DNA of 64,000 nt from Roseiarcus sp. GTDB lineage: Bacteria; Pseudomonadota; Alphaproteobacteria; Rhizobiales; Beijerinckiaceae. Positions within the stretch are counted from its first letter, which is position 1; each line of letters starts with the position of its first letter. The stretch is from the NCBI GenBank assembly GCA_036489975.1, contig DASXES010000053.1, positions 21,506 to 85,505 of the forward strand, given 5' to 3'. The notes beneath the pieces were generated by a model that ran no database searches, was not told the DNA's origin, and saw only the letters and a program-made list of their open reading frames with translations. The position numbers and the translations under genes are program-made. Positions 32,443-42,310 of this stretch are shown piece by piece.

Positions 32443-32806
32443 GTGAGCATTTTGAGGTCGAGCGGCGCAAAAGAAGCCGGACGGCGCAAGTGGCTTCCTG
32501 GTCTGGCTAGTCTACAAAACTACGAATCCGGATGGCTCACGCACGATTGGGTCGCCGGAATGGCGTTGACGACCATGCTCGCGCCGGTCGGCGTCGCGTA
32601 TGCGCTCGCGTCTGGCGTCGGCGCCATCTACGGCCTCTACGCCACCATCGCTTGTTTGCTGGCCTACGCGCTTTTCGGACCCAGACGGATCCTGGTTCTC
32701 GGTCCCGACTCTTCCCTGGCGGCGGTGATTTTTGGGGTCCGGGGCGATCCTCATCATCGCCGGGATCGCCCGGCTCGGTTTCGTGACCGAGCTTTTGTCG
32801 AAGCCG
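32443..32806 (+). pseudogene. SulP-family anion transporter remnant (internal deletion, frameshift, 3' truncation)
   Basis: KWLPGLASLQNYESGWLTHDWVAG..YALFGPRRILVLGPDSSLAAVI in one frame, then IIAGIARLGFVTELLSKP in another frame, after which the SulP-like sequence ends. Confidence 0.85.
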
Positions 32807-33060
32807 TCGACGAATATGAGCAGGGGCGCAGGTCGATCACCAAGCCACGTTCTAACCGGCAGGACAGGCGCCGCCGCTGCCGCATTGACGGCAGATCCGA
32901 TCAGATCGGAGTTCGGCCGAGCCCCCTGCGGGCGGCAAGAGCGCCGGCGTCAAGAAAACTGGTCAGTAAAAGCGCCCAAGTCGCACAACGAAATTGGCCG
33001 CCGGCTCGCTTGGGGAGCGAACGGGCGGCCAAGTTGCGATTGAAAGAGGGAGCCGAATTT

Positions 33061-33579
33061 CTACTGGCAGGCGTCCCAGAAGCCGTTGCGGTAGCTCGGA
33101 TCCGTGTAATACCAGCACAAGCCCGGTCCAGGCGCCGCGCCCGCATAGGCGGCCGCCGCCCCTGCCGCGAGCACGCCGACAGCGGCGCCGGCCGCGATCG
33201 CGCCGCCCGGTCCCCAGTGATACCACCCGGGGCGGGCCCAGCCGCCATATCGGTAGCCGCCGCCCCGATAGACCCCGCCGCCGCGATAGACGCCGCCCCG
33301 ATAGACCCCGCCGCCATGATAGCCCCCCCCGCGGTAAGCGCCGCCGCGGTAGGTTCCGCCGCGATGGTAGACGCCGCCGCGCGGACCCACAGCGGTCGCG
33401 CCGCGGTGGACCATCACCACCTTCGAGATCATGCCCTCGCCCGGCTGCGCCACCGGGTTCGACCCCTGCATTTCAAGCGCGCCGGCCTGCGGCAGAGAGA
33501 AGCCGGACAACGCGATCGCCACGCAGGCGCTCTTGACCAAACTCGATCGACTCATGGATTTCCTCCTTGCGCGCCCCAC
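33061..33579 (-). CDS. Second secreted Gly/Arg/Tyr-rich paralog
   Basis: Signal peptide; GGVYR repeats; C-terminus GPGLCWYYTDPSYRNGFWDACQ, nearly identical to 31644-32309. AGGAGG RBS before ATG 33555. Confidence 0.8.
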   Translation of the reverse strand: MGRARRKSMSRSSLVKSACVAIALSGFSLPQAGALEMQGSNPVAQPGEGMISKVVMVHRGATAVGPRGGVYHRGGTYRGGAYRGGGYHGGGVYRGGVYRGGGVYRGGGYRYGGWARPGWYHWGPGGAIAAGAAVGVLAAGAAAAYAGAAPGPGLCWYYTDPSYRNGFWDACQ

Positions 33580-33692
33580 CCTGCGGCCCGCCCGCGACGC
33601 GACTTATCGCACAAAACCGCCGCCGACGCGACGGCCCCGCCCGCGGCCGCGCTGTGATGGGCGCCGTCTCAGGCGACAATTCGCGACGCCCC

Positions 33693-35540
33693 TCACGTCG
33701 CTGTCGCGCCCGCCGTCGTCTCTGGTTGAGCGGCGCCATCTTTCTGCGAGCGCAGGCGAGCCGCGCCCGACGCGGTGCTCAGGCTGTGCGCCGCGTTGAT
33801 GAGCGCGAGATGCGAGAACGCCTGCGGGAAGTTGCCAAGCTGACGGCGCTCACGGGGATCGTATTCCTCGGCCAAGAGCCCGACATCGTTGCGCAGCGCC
33901 AGCAATCGCTCGAATAGCGCGACGGCTTCATCGTAGCGCCCGAGCAGCACATAATTGTCGACCAGCCAGAAGCTGCAGGCGAGGAAGGCGCCTTCGCCGG
34001 GCGGCAGGCCATCCACTCCGGCGCCCGTGTCATAGCGCAGCACGACTCCGTCGTGAAGGAGCTTGCGCTCGATTGCGGCGACAGTGCCCGCGACGCGCGG
34101 GTCGTCAGGCGGGAGAAAGCCGACGATGGGAATGAGCAACAGGCTCGCGTCCAGCGTCGTGTCGCCGAACGACTGCACGAACGTGTTTCGCTTGGGGTCG
34201 AACCCATGCTCGCACACTTCCGCATGAATCGAATCGCGAACCTCCCGCCAGCGCTCCAGAGGCCCATCGAGCCCGAATTCCTCGATCGAGCGCACCGCGC
34301 GATCGAAGGCGACCCAGGCCATGACCTTCGAGTGGGTGAAGTGGCGGGGGCCCCCTCGCACTTCCCAGATGCCTTCATCGGGGTCGCGCCAGATTTTCTC
34401 GAGGTGCAGAACGAGGCCGCATTCCAGCGCCCAGGTCGCCTCGTTGGCGCACAGACCCGCGCCGCGCGCGACATAAAAGGCGTCGAGCACTTCGCCGTAG
34501 ACGTCGAGCTGGAGCTGCTTGACCGCCCCATTCCCGATTCGGACCGGGGCGGCGCCTTCGTAGCCCGGCAGCCAGGGAATCTCGTATTCCTCGAGCCGCC
34601 GTTCGCCGCCGACCCCGTAGACGATCTGCAAGTCGTCCGGAGATCCGGCGACCGCGCGCAGGAGCCACTCGTGCCACGCCTTTGCTTCGTCCAGGATGCC
34701 CGACCCGATCAGCGCGTAAAGGGTGAAGGTCGCGTCCCGAAGCCAGCAATATCGATAATCCCAGTTGCGCGGGCCGCCCAGTTGTTCGGGCAGGGACGTC
34801 GTCGCAGCCGCGACAATGCCCCCGGTCTCCCAGTGCGCGAGCGCTTTCAGGGTGAGGAGCGAGCGCAGAACAGCGTCGCCCCAGCTGTCCGCCGGCTTGA
34901 AGGCGGCGGCCCAGTCGGTCCAGAACGAATGGATCTGTTTGCGCGCTTCATCGAGCTCCTCGCCCGATAGGGGAGGGGGAGCGGCCCGGAACGACGCCGA
35001 CCAGTTGAGGACGAAGCTCGCCTCCTCCCCCTCGCGGACGGTGAAATCCCCGACGGTGCGAAGATCCTCACCGTGCGTCTGCACGTTGGTGTCGAGCAGC
35101 ACTTTGTCGGGGCCGGCAATGAATTGGAGGCGCCCGTCGTCCTGCTGACTGACCCACGGCACGATCGCGCCATAGTCGAACCGCACGATGACCTCGGTCC
35201 GCATGGAGACCTCGCCCTGAAGGCCCTTGACGATGCGCACGAGCTCGGAGGAGCCGTTGCGCCTGTACATGAAGTCGGTGAGGGAGACCGAACCCTCCGC
35301 GGTTGTGAAAATTGTCTCGAGGACCAGCGTGTCGCCGACATATCGCCGCGCGCTCCGGGCGTCCTTTTGGGTCGGCGCGATCAGCCACCGTCCGTGTTCC
35401 GGGCCGCCAAGCAGCGCGGAAAAACACGCGGCGCTGTCGAACCGGGGCAGGCAGAGCCAATCGATCGAGCCGTCGCGCCCGACCAACGCCGCGGTCTCGC
35501 AGTTTCCGATAATGGCGTAGTCTTCGATTCTCAACGGCAT
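33693..35540 (-). CDS. Glycoside hydrolase family 15 (trehalase/glucoamylase-like)
   Basis: IEDYAIIGNCETAALV, GGPRNWDYRYCWLRD, DEGIWEVRG and LGNFPQAFSH motifs. Confidence 0.93.
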   Translation of the reverse strand: MPLRIEDYAIIGNCETAALVGRDGSIDWLCLPRFDSAACFSALLGGPEHGRWLIAPTQKDARSARRYVGDTLVLETIFTTAEGSVSLTDFMYRRNGSSELVRIVKGLQGEVSMRTEVIVRFDYGAIVPWVSQQDDGRLQFIAGPDKVLLDTNVQTHGEDLRTVGDFTVREGEEASFVLNWSASFRAAPPPLSGEELDEARKQIHSFWTDWAAAFKPADSWGDAVLRSLLTLKALAHWETGGIVAAATTSLPEQLGGPRNWDYRYCWLRDATFTLYALIGSGILDEAKAWHEWLLRAVAGSPDDLQIVYGVGGERRLEEYEIPWLPGYEGAAPVRIGNGAVKQLQLDVYGEVLDAFYVARGAGLCANEATWALECGLVLHLEKIWRDPDEGIWEVRGGPRHFTHSKVMAWVAFDRAVRSIEEFGLDGPLERWREVRDSIHAEVCEHGFDPKRNTFVQSFGDTTLDASLLLIPIVGFLPPDDPRVAGTVAAIERKLLHDGVVLRYDTGAGVDGLPPGEGAFLACSFWLVDNYVLLGRYDEAVALFERLLALRNDVGLLAEEYDPRERRQLGNFPQAFSHLALINAAHSLSTASGAARLRSQKDGAAQPETTAGATAT

Positions 35541-35735
35541 CGCGGGTCTCCCGTGGGCGCACGCGTGGGCGCAAAGGGCCGCCTATACCAGACTTGGCGC
35601 AATTTCGCCGGGTCGAGCGAATCGGGAAACGCCGCGCGCCAGGTGGATATTTGGCAATCCGGGCAAACTTGGCGCTTGAGAATCGCGAGCCGCGGTCCAC
35701 AAGCTGCACGGCCCTTTGCCCGCGCTGGAGTCGCC

Positions 35736-36917
35736 ATGTGGTCTCGCCTGTTCGCTCTCGCCCTGCTCCTCATGCCCGCGCCGGCCCTGGCCGACCTCAA
35801 GGAGAAGATCGCGGCCCTTGCGCCATCGGCGGCTGTGCTCGTCGTGGACGCCAAGGGCGACGAACTGTTCGCCCAGAACGCCGACCAATCCTTCGTTCCG
35901 GCCTCGGTCGCCAAGATCGTGACGGCCTGGCTCGCGATGGAGGTCCTTGGCGGCGACTATCACTTCGAAACCCGCTTCTACCTCGACAACAAGCGGGTGC
36001 TCTACGTGCGCGGAGGCGGCGATCCTTTTCTGGTCTCGGAGGAGCTCAAGCCGCTCGCGGCCGACCTGGTCGCCAGGATCGGCAAGGCGCCGATCGCCGG
36101 CATCGTGGTTGACGGCGGCTACTATCCCTCGAACCTCCGCATTCCGGGCATTGAGGACGACGACGAGGCCTATGATGCGCTGAACCTGGCGCTGGCGGTG
36201 AATTTCAACACGGTCTACGCCGTGCGCAGCGGAAACAAGGTGCGCTCCGCCGAGGACCAGACCCCGATCACGCCGATCGCGATCGCGCGCTTCCGCGCCA
36301 AGGGCCCGGACGGAGAAGGCCGCATCAGTCTCGGCGAGGACCCGGCGCTCGGCCTCCGATACGCGGGCGAGCTGATCGGCGCCTTCATCGCGCGGGCCGG
36401 CGGCCGCGTACAGGGCCCGGTCTCAACCGGAACGGTTCCCGAGGGGCTGAAGCCGGTCTATGTCCATCGGCAGTCGCGCGCCCTGTCGGACATCCTCGCC
36501 GAGATGCTGCTCGACTCGAACAACTTCACCGCCAACCAGGTCTTCCTCGAGATCGGCGCTCACCGTCTCGGCGGGCCGGTCAGCCTCGAGAAGTCGCTTC
36601 AAGTGGCGAACGCAATGCTCGCCGCGAATGGCTTGGCGGGGGATATCCATCTCATCGAGGGGTCGGGCATCAGCCGCGACGACCGCTTCACGCCTCGCGG
36701 CCTCACGAAGGTGCTGGCGCTCTTCGCGCCCCACGCCGATCTGCTCCACGGCCATGACGGGGGCATGGACAAGACCGGCACCATGGCAGGAGTCCGCACG
36801 CTTGCCGGTTATGCGGACACCGCCGCCCACGGGCGCGTCCATTTCGTGATCTCGCTTGCGGGCGATGACAGCGAGATGCGCTTCCGGCTGCTGCAGGCGA
36901 TCGAGTCGGAGCTTTAG
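35736..36917 (+). CDS. dacB: D-alanyl-D-alanine carboxypeptidase/endopeptidase (peptidase S13)
   Basis: Signal peptide; SxxK (PASVAK); SNN; EGSGISR; KTG. Start refined to ATG 35736. Confidence 0.88.
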   Translation: MWSRLFALALLLMPAPALADLKEKIAALAPSAAVLVVDAKGDELFAQNADQSFVPASVAKIVTAWLAMEVLGGDYHFETRFYLDNKRVLYVRGGGDPFLVSEELKPLAADLVARIGKAPIAGIVVDGGYYPSNLRIPGIEDDDEAYDALNLALAVNFNTVYAVRSGNKVRSAEDQTPITPIAIARFRAKGPDGEGRISLGEDPALGLRYAGELIGAFIARAGGRVQGPVSTGTVPEGLKPVYVHRQSRALSDILAEMLLDSNNFTANQVFLEIGAHRLGGPVSLEKSLQVANAMLAANGLAGDIHLIEGSGISRDDRFTPRGLTKVLALFAPHADLLHGHDGGMDKTGTMAGVRTLAGYADTAAHGRVHFVISLAGDDSEMRFRLLQAIESEL

Positions 36918-38389
36918 AATCCGAACGCGTAGGCTTGTCCGCCGCTCGCGGCGTAGAGGCGGTCGCCGGCGGCGATGATCGTCTCATACCGGCGGAAGCC
37001 GCGCATAGGCTCCGGCGGGCAAGCGAGGAGTTCGCCCGTGTCGCCGCGAAAGGCGTAGAGCCGGTTGTCGGCCTCGGCGCCGACGATGAACACGATTGGA
37101 TTCGCGGTCCCGTCCGTGGTGGTGACGATCGGCGATCCCCGATTGCCGGGAACGGCCGCGCACCAGGCGGTGTCGATCGAAGGCTTGGGATCGACGCTGA
37201 TCTTGAGCGCGACAAGTCCCTTCCCCGCCTTGTCGGGGGGACAATTCGCGCCATAACCCTGCAGTGCGACAAACACCGAATTGCCCGCGCGCCAGACCGC
37301 GGGCGAAGTCATGGTCACGTTCGCCATGACATGCGCGACCGAAAGCGGGTGGCCGATCCCGCCAAGATTGTCGCGGTCGAGCAGGTAGGCGTCGCCAGAC
37401 TTGCCGATGGCGAAGATGAGCCTTCGAACGCCTTTGGCGCTGGGAACGTCGAGCGGAATCGGGGCGGTCCCGCCAAGGTCCCGATCGGTTCCATCGAGGA
37501 AGCTCCAGTTCGAGGGGGCGAAATAGTCGCGCGAGTCGACCGGGTGGGCGAGACCGGGGCCCAGGCGAAGCACCGCTTCGCCGTCGCCCCAGGCGCGCGC
37601 GTTGAACGTGTTGCCGGTCGCGACGAACAGCGACTTGCCGTCGCCGACGACTCCGCCCTGTCCCCAGATGCCTCCGCCGCGCGCCCGGGTCGCGAAGCTC
37701 TCGACCTTGGCCGGATCGGTCTGGGAAACGCCGACGACGAAGCCGTGATAGTCGCCGCAATCGCCATAGTGCCCGCTATAGGGGACGAAGACGCGACCGG
37801 CGAACAGCGCCAGCGCCCCGCGCTCGTTCTGCACTGACGGTATAAAGCTTCCTTTGAGCGCCGCCGCCACATCGACCGGCCAGCCGGGCTCGCTCGATCC
37901 ATCGGCGAGGGCCAGCGCATGGATCTCGTGGCGCGGCTCGTTTCCGCGCATGACCATGGCGTCGAGATAGAGCGTCGCGCGCTTGGGATCGATGACCGGC
38001 GCGCCGGTCACGCCGAGGGTCGGAAGATTGCCGCAAGGGAGCGCAGAGCGCGACACGGGTTCGCCGAGCGTGCGCTCCCAGATTTGCGCCCCGCTCTTGG
38101 CGTCGATCGCGTGGACCTCGTCCTGGTCGGTCGCCACGATCAGCATGGCCCTGTCCGATCCGGGCTCGCGCCACAGCAGCGGCTGCGCATAGACGGCGCC
38201 GCGAAATGACGCATGGAACGAGGCGTCGAGATGCAGGCCCCGCGCGCGCTCATAGGTGAGACCGGGGACGACATAGAGGCCCGAGCGGTCGAGCGCGTTA
38301 TGATAGGTGAGCACGGAGGGATCGGCGCGAGCTGCGCCGGCGACGGCGAGCGTCGCGGCGAGCGCGCCGGCGAGTAAAGCGATGCGCAT
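36914..38389 (-). CDS. Secreted PQQ-binding-like beta-propeller protein
   Basis: Signal peptide; VLTYHNALDRSG; GVTGAPVID; GGGIWGQGG; DRDLGGTAP. Confidence 0.75.
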   Translation of the reverse strand: MRIALLAGALAATLAVAGAARADPSVLTYHNALDRSGLYVVPGLTYERARGLHLDASFHASFRGAVYAQPLLWREPGSDRAMLIVATDQDEVHAIDAKSGAQIWERTLGEPVSRSALPCGNLPTLGVTGAPVIDPKRATLYLDAMVMRGNEPRHEIHALALADGSSEPGWPVDVAAALKGSFIPSVQNERGALALFAGRVFVPYSGHYGDCGDYHGFVVGVSQTDPAKVESFATRARGGGIWGQGGVVGDGKSLFVATGNTFNARAWGDGEAVLRLGPGLAHPVDSRDYFAPSNWSFLDGTDRDLGGTAPIPLDVPSAKGVRRLIFAIGKSGDAYLLDRDNLGGIGHPLSVAHVMANVTMTSPAVWRAGNSVFVALQGYGANCPPDKAGKGLVALKISVDPKPSIDTAWCAAVPGNRGSPIVTTTDGTANPIVFIVGAEADNRLYAFRGDTGELLACPPEPMRGFRRYETIIAAGDRLYAASGGQAYAFGF

Positions 38390-38532
38390 CGTGAACCTTA
38401 GGAAGCGGCGAGCCGCCGAGGGCCGCCGCGCCATTATCGGCTAGCGGCCCTTGCGTGTCCACGCTTGGGCGCGCGAGCGCGAAGACATGGCCGCCGCGAC
38501 GCTTCCGGTCGTCCGCGCGGGCTTCGGTTCTG

Positions 38533-39420
38533 TCAGACAGGCAGCCGTTCGAGATCGGCGATCAACGAAGGGCCGGTCGGCCGCCATCCGAGCTTCTTCT
38601 GCGTCTTCTCGCTCGAGGCGGGCATGTCGCGCGCGGCCAAATGCGCAAGCCAGCCGAAATAGCCTCCCGCTTCTTCCGGCGTGATCGATTTGGCCGGCAG
38701 CTTCAGGCGTCGGCCAACGGTTTCCGCGATATCGCGCGCCGCCACGCCTTCCTCTCCGACCGCGTTATAGATCGCGCCCGGCTCCGACTTTTCGATCGCC
38801 AGCCTGTAGAGCCGAGCGACATCGGATATGTGCCCGGCGGCCCAGCGGTTCCGCCCCTCTCCGACATAAGCGAAGACGCCCTTTTCTCGCGCGATGGCGA
38901 TCCAGGGGGAGATAAGCCCCTGCCGCTCTGGATCGTGAACCTGGGGCAGGCGGACGACGGATGTGTTCACGCCATTCGCGGCGGCCTCGGCGGTCGCCTC
39001 TTCGGAAGCTGCGCGCGGGAAGTCATTCGCGCTGATCGAGGGCGCGTCCTCGGTCGCGACTTGACCGGGCGCGACCCTGGCGATCGCGGTCCCGGAGGTC
39101 ACGATCAAATGCCGGTCGGAGCCTTTGAGGACCGAGCCCAGCGCCTCAATGACGCGTCGATCGGTTTCGCAATTCGCCGCGAATTGCGAAAAGTCGTGGT
39201 TGAAGGCGAGGTGAATCACGCCGTCCGAGCGGGCGGCGCCGTCCTTCAGGCTGTCCGGATCGTCGATCGACCCGCGATAGGCCTCGGCGCCCGTGGCGGC
39301 CAAAGCCGGCGCCTTCTCGTCCGAACGATAGACGCCGATCACCTGATGGCCCGCGCCGATGAGTTCCTTGACGACGAGCGAGCCGATGAATCCGGTCGCA
39401 CCGGTGACGAATATGCGCAT
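38533..39420 (-). CDS. NAD-dependent epimerase/dehydratase (atypical SDR)
   Basis: MRIFVTGATGFIGS, GVIHLAF and VRLPQVH motifs. Confidence 0.9.
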   Translation of the reverse strand: MRIFVTGATGFIGSLVVKELIGAGHQVIGVYRSDEKAPALAATGAEAYRGSIDDPDSLKDGAARSDGVIHLAFNHDFSQFAANCETDRRVIEALGSVLKGSDRHLIVTSGTAIARVAPGQVATEDAPSISANDFPRAASEEATAEAAANGVNTSVVRLPQVHDPERQGLISPWIAIAREKGVFAYVGEGRNRWAAGHISDVARLYRLAIEKSEPGAIYNAVGEEGVAARDIAETVGRRLKLPAKSITPEEAGGYFGWLAHLAARDMPASSEKTQKKLGWRPTGPSLIADLERLPV

Positions 39421-39460
39421 GAGGAACCTCTATGGGTTGTCGAGTGATTGAGAAATCGTT

Positions 39461-40435
39461 CTAAGCCGCGGCGGCCGGAGCGACGGACCGGAAATAATGA
39501 GCATCCACGTCGGCGATGAGGCCTGGACCCTCGGGGCGCCAACCCAGCGCATTCCGGGTCCATTCGCTGGACGCCGGATTATCGAGACCGACGAAACTGC
39601 TGATGATCCCGAAATGCTTGCCGGCCTTTGCGGCTGGAATGCCGGCAGTCGGGATTTTCAACCTGGCCGAGATCAGGGATGCGATCTCGCGGAAAGGGAT
39701 TCCAACCTCATCGACGCCGTGGAACTTCGCGCCCGCTTCTCCTTTTTCAAGCGCGAGCCGAAAGAGGCGCGCCACGTCGGACACGTGCGCCGCAGGCCAT
39801 CGGTTTGCGCCGTCGCCGATATAGGGCGAAACGCCTTTCTTCCGCGCTGCCGCGATGATGCGGGCCATGAAACCGTGATCCCCGGCGCCATGCACGGACG
39901 GCGAAAGCCGCACGATTGAAGAACGGACGCCGCGTGCAATCAGGCCCAGTGCCGCGGTCTCGGAGAAAGCCCTGTTTGGACCGGTCGGCGCATGGTTGTC
40001 GCGTTCGGTCGAGACCTTGCCCTGCGGCAGTCCGAGAAGCGCCGACGCCACGACCAAAGGGCGCCTGGAGCTTTCGAGACCGGCGCCCAAAGCCCGGATG
40101 GCCCCCGACTCCGTTTCCGCAAGGATTTTTACGAAGCTCTGGACGATCCCGCCTGTCAGGGCCCCGGTGAACAGTCTGAGGCGGGTCGGCATACTCATGT
40201 TCGACAATCCGTGGATGAAGGCCAGGTGGATCACCCCGTCCGACTCCGCTGCGCCCTCGCGCAGCAGGGCGTGATCCTGAAGTCTTCCAACACGCGGCCT
40301 GGCGCCGACCGCTTGCAGCTTCCGCGCTCCATCCGTCGTTGTCGTCAGTCCTGTGACCTCATGGCCTGACGACAGCAAATCCTTCACGACCGCCGAGCCG
40401 ATCCAGCCTGTTGCGCCAGTGACAAAAACACGCAT
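39461..40435 (-). CDS. NAD-dependent epimerase/dehydratase (tandem paralog)
   Basis: MRVFVTGATGWIGS, GVIHLAF and RWPAAHVSDVARL motifs. Confidence 0.9.
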   Translation of the reverse strand: MRVFVTGATGWIGSAVVKDLLSSGHEVTGLTTTTDGARKLQAVGARPRVGRLQDHALLREGAAESDGVIHLAFIHGLSNMSMPTRLRLFTGALTGGIVQSFVKILAETESGAIRALGAGLESSRRPLVVASALLGLPQGKVSTERDNHAPTGPNRAFSETAALGLIARGVRSSIVRLSPSVHGAGDHGFMARIIAAARKKGVSPYIGDGANRWPAAHVSDVARLFRLALEKGEAGAKFHGVDEVGIPFREIASLISARLKIPTAGIPAAKAGKHFGIISSFVGLDNPASSEWTRNALGWRPEGPGLIADVDAHYFRSVAPAAAA

Positions 40436-40514
40436 GAACTGTCTCCGGTTTTCGTTGGAGACAAATCTGTGCTCCTGCGCTATTGTAGTAAAGTAGTGAT
40501 CTTATCGTATTATA

Positions 40515-41354
40515 ATGGCTAACAGGATGAGCGAACCCGCCACGAACGAGAGTCGGCTCGGCGGCTATCTGAAGGACCGGCGCACGAAGCTCGATCCGGC
40601 CGCGTTCGGCTTTGCCGCGGAGCGGCGCCGCACGCCCGGCCTGCGCCGCGAGGAAGTGGCGCAGCGCGCCAATATCAGCCCGACCTGGTACACGTGGCTC
40701 GAGCAGGGGCGTGGCGGAGCCCCCTCGGCCGACGTGCTCAACCGGATCTCGCGCGCCCTCATGCTGACCGAGGTCGAGCGCGAACATCTTTTCCTGCTTG
40801 GCCTCGGCCGTCCGCCCGAAGCGCGCTACCGCAAGAATGACGGCGCCACGCCCCGCCTGCAGCGCGTGCTGGATGCGCTGGACCCGAGTCCTGCGCTGAT
40901 CAGAAATGCGAAATACGACGTCGTGGCCTGGAACCGGGCGGCGACTGTGATGCTCGTCGACTACGGATCGCTGCCGCCGGATGAGCGCAACATCCTGCGC
41001 TTCATCTTTCTCGATCCGCGCGCCCGCGCGGCGCAATACGACTGGGCGAGCGTGGCGCGGTTCGTGTTGGGCGCCTTCAGGGTCGACGCGGCCCGCGCCG
41101 GCGCCGCGGCCGAGGTCGAGCCACTCGTCGATGAGCTCCGCCGCCTCAGTCCCGAGTTCAAGGCGATGTGGCGCGACAATGATGTTCCCACTCACCATGG
41201 TGAGGCGGTCAAGCAGATCCGGCACCCGGTGCTCGGCGCGCTCGCCTTCGAATTTTCGACGTTTGCCGTCGATGGGCGAACAGACCTTGCCATGGTCGTC
41301 TACAATCCGGCGACGCCCGAGGACGCCGAGCGGATCAAGTCGCTGCTTGACTGA
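40515..41354 (+). CDS. XRE-family HTH regulator with an MmyB-like ligand-binding domain
   Basis: RRRTPGLRREEVA..ISPTWYTWLEQGRG and DVVAWN motifs. Divergent from the SDR pair. Confidence 0.92.
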   Translation: MANRMSEPATNESRLGGYLKDRRTKLDPAAFGFAAERRRTPGLRREEVAQRANISPTWYTWLEQGRGGAPSADVLNRISRALMLTEVEREHLFLLGLGRPPEARYRKNDGATPRLQRVLDALDPSPALIRNAKYDVVAWNRAATVMLVDYGSLPPDERNILRFIFLDPRARAAQYDWASVARFVLGAFRVDAARAGAAAEVEPLVDELRRLSPEFKAMWRDNDVPTHHGEAVKQIRHPVLGALAFEFSTFAVDGRTDLAMVVYNPATPEDAERIKSLLD

Positions 41355-41383
41355 CGGCCTTCGCTGGAAGCAAGGGAGCGCCC

Positions 41384-42181
41384 ATGCGGGACGAACACGG
41401 CGGCGGGGGCGAGCTCAGGCGTTTCTCGTCGGATGGCGTCGACATCGCCTTCATCGACGTCGCCCCTCCGGCGGATGACCTTGGCGAGCCGATCCTGCTG
41501 ATCCATGGCTTCGGCTCGAACCATCGCATCAACTGGGTCAACCCGCGTTGGGTCGAAACTCTGACGCAAGCCGGGCGCCGCGTCGTGGCGTTCGACAATC
41601 GCGGCCATGGCCAGAGCGCAAAGCTCCACGCGCCTGCAGACTATCATCCTGATCTCATCACCCGGGACGCGGCGAACCTGCTCGCGCATCTGCGGATCGA
41701 GCGCGCCGACGTGATGGGCTATTCGATGGGCGCGCGGATCGCGAGCCTGCTCGCGCTCGCCCATCCTGGCCTTGTGCGCTCGCTCGTGCTCGGCGGCCTG
41801 GGCGACCGGCTGGTGCGCGACGAGGGCTTGCCAGCGGCGATCGCCGCAGCGATGGAGGCGCCGTCGCTCGACGACCTCGCCGACCCGACGCAGCGGCTCT
41901 TTCGCGCCTTCGCCGAGCAGACGAAGAGCGACCGCGCCGCGCTCGCCGCCTGTGCGCGCGGGTTCCGCCGCCGCCTGACGTCGGAAGAGGCGGCGCGCCT
42001 AATACAGCCGACGCTGGTCGCGGTCGGCGAGCGGGATACGCTGGCAGGCGATCCCGCGAAGCTCGTCGCCATGCTGCCACAGGGGGAGGAGCTCTCGATC
42101 CCCGGCCGCGATCACAATCTCGCGGTCGGCGACAAGGCTTTCAAGGCGGGCGCGCTCGATTTTCTCGCTCGCAGGCCATGA
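41384..42181 (+). CDS. Alpha/beta hydrolase
   Basis: LIHGFGS, FDNRGHG, nucleophile GYSMG, and RDH motif. Confidence 0.9.
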   Translation: MRDEHGGGGELRRFSSDGVDIAFIDVAPPADDLGEPILLIHGFGSNHRINWVNPRWVETLTQAGRRVVAFDNRGHGQSAKLHAPADYHPDLITRDAANLLAHLRIERADVMGYSMGARIASLLALAHPGLVRSLVLGGLGDRLVRDEGLPAAIAAAMEAPSLDDLADPTQRLFRAFAEQTKSDRAALAACARGFRRRLTSEEAARLIQPTLVAVGERDTLAGDPAKLVAMLPQGEELSIPGRDHNLAVGDKAFKAGALDFLARRP

Positions 42182-42310
42182 GCGCTCCGCAGGCTCGCGC
42201 CATCGACTAAAGTCCTAATAACAAAGCAGGTGACAAGAGAGCCCGAAACGTCAAGACTGCGACCAGCGATCCGCCTCGACGAGCGGGACGATGACGGGAA
42301 CGGGAAGCCC

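Noticed and set aside
32155-33657. 500-aa ORF on the + strand
   Set aside because: It is a chance fusion of the sulP remnant with the antisense of a Gly-rich gene, not a coherent protein.
35073-35735. 221-aa N-terminal extension of DacB
   Set aside because: It overlaps GH15 on the opposite strand. A proper RBS, ATG and signal peptide occur at 35736.
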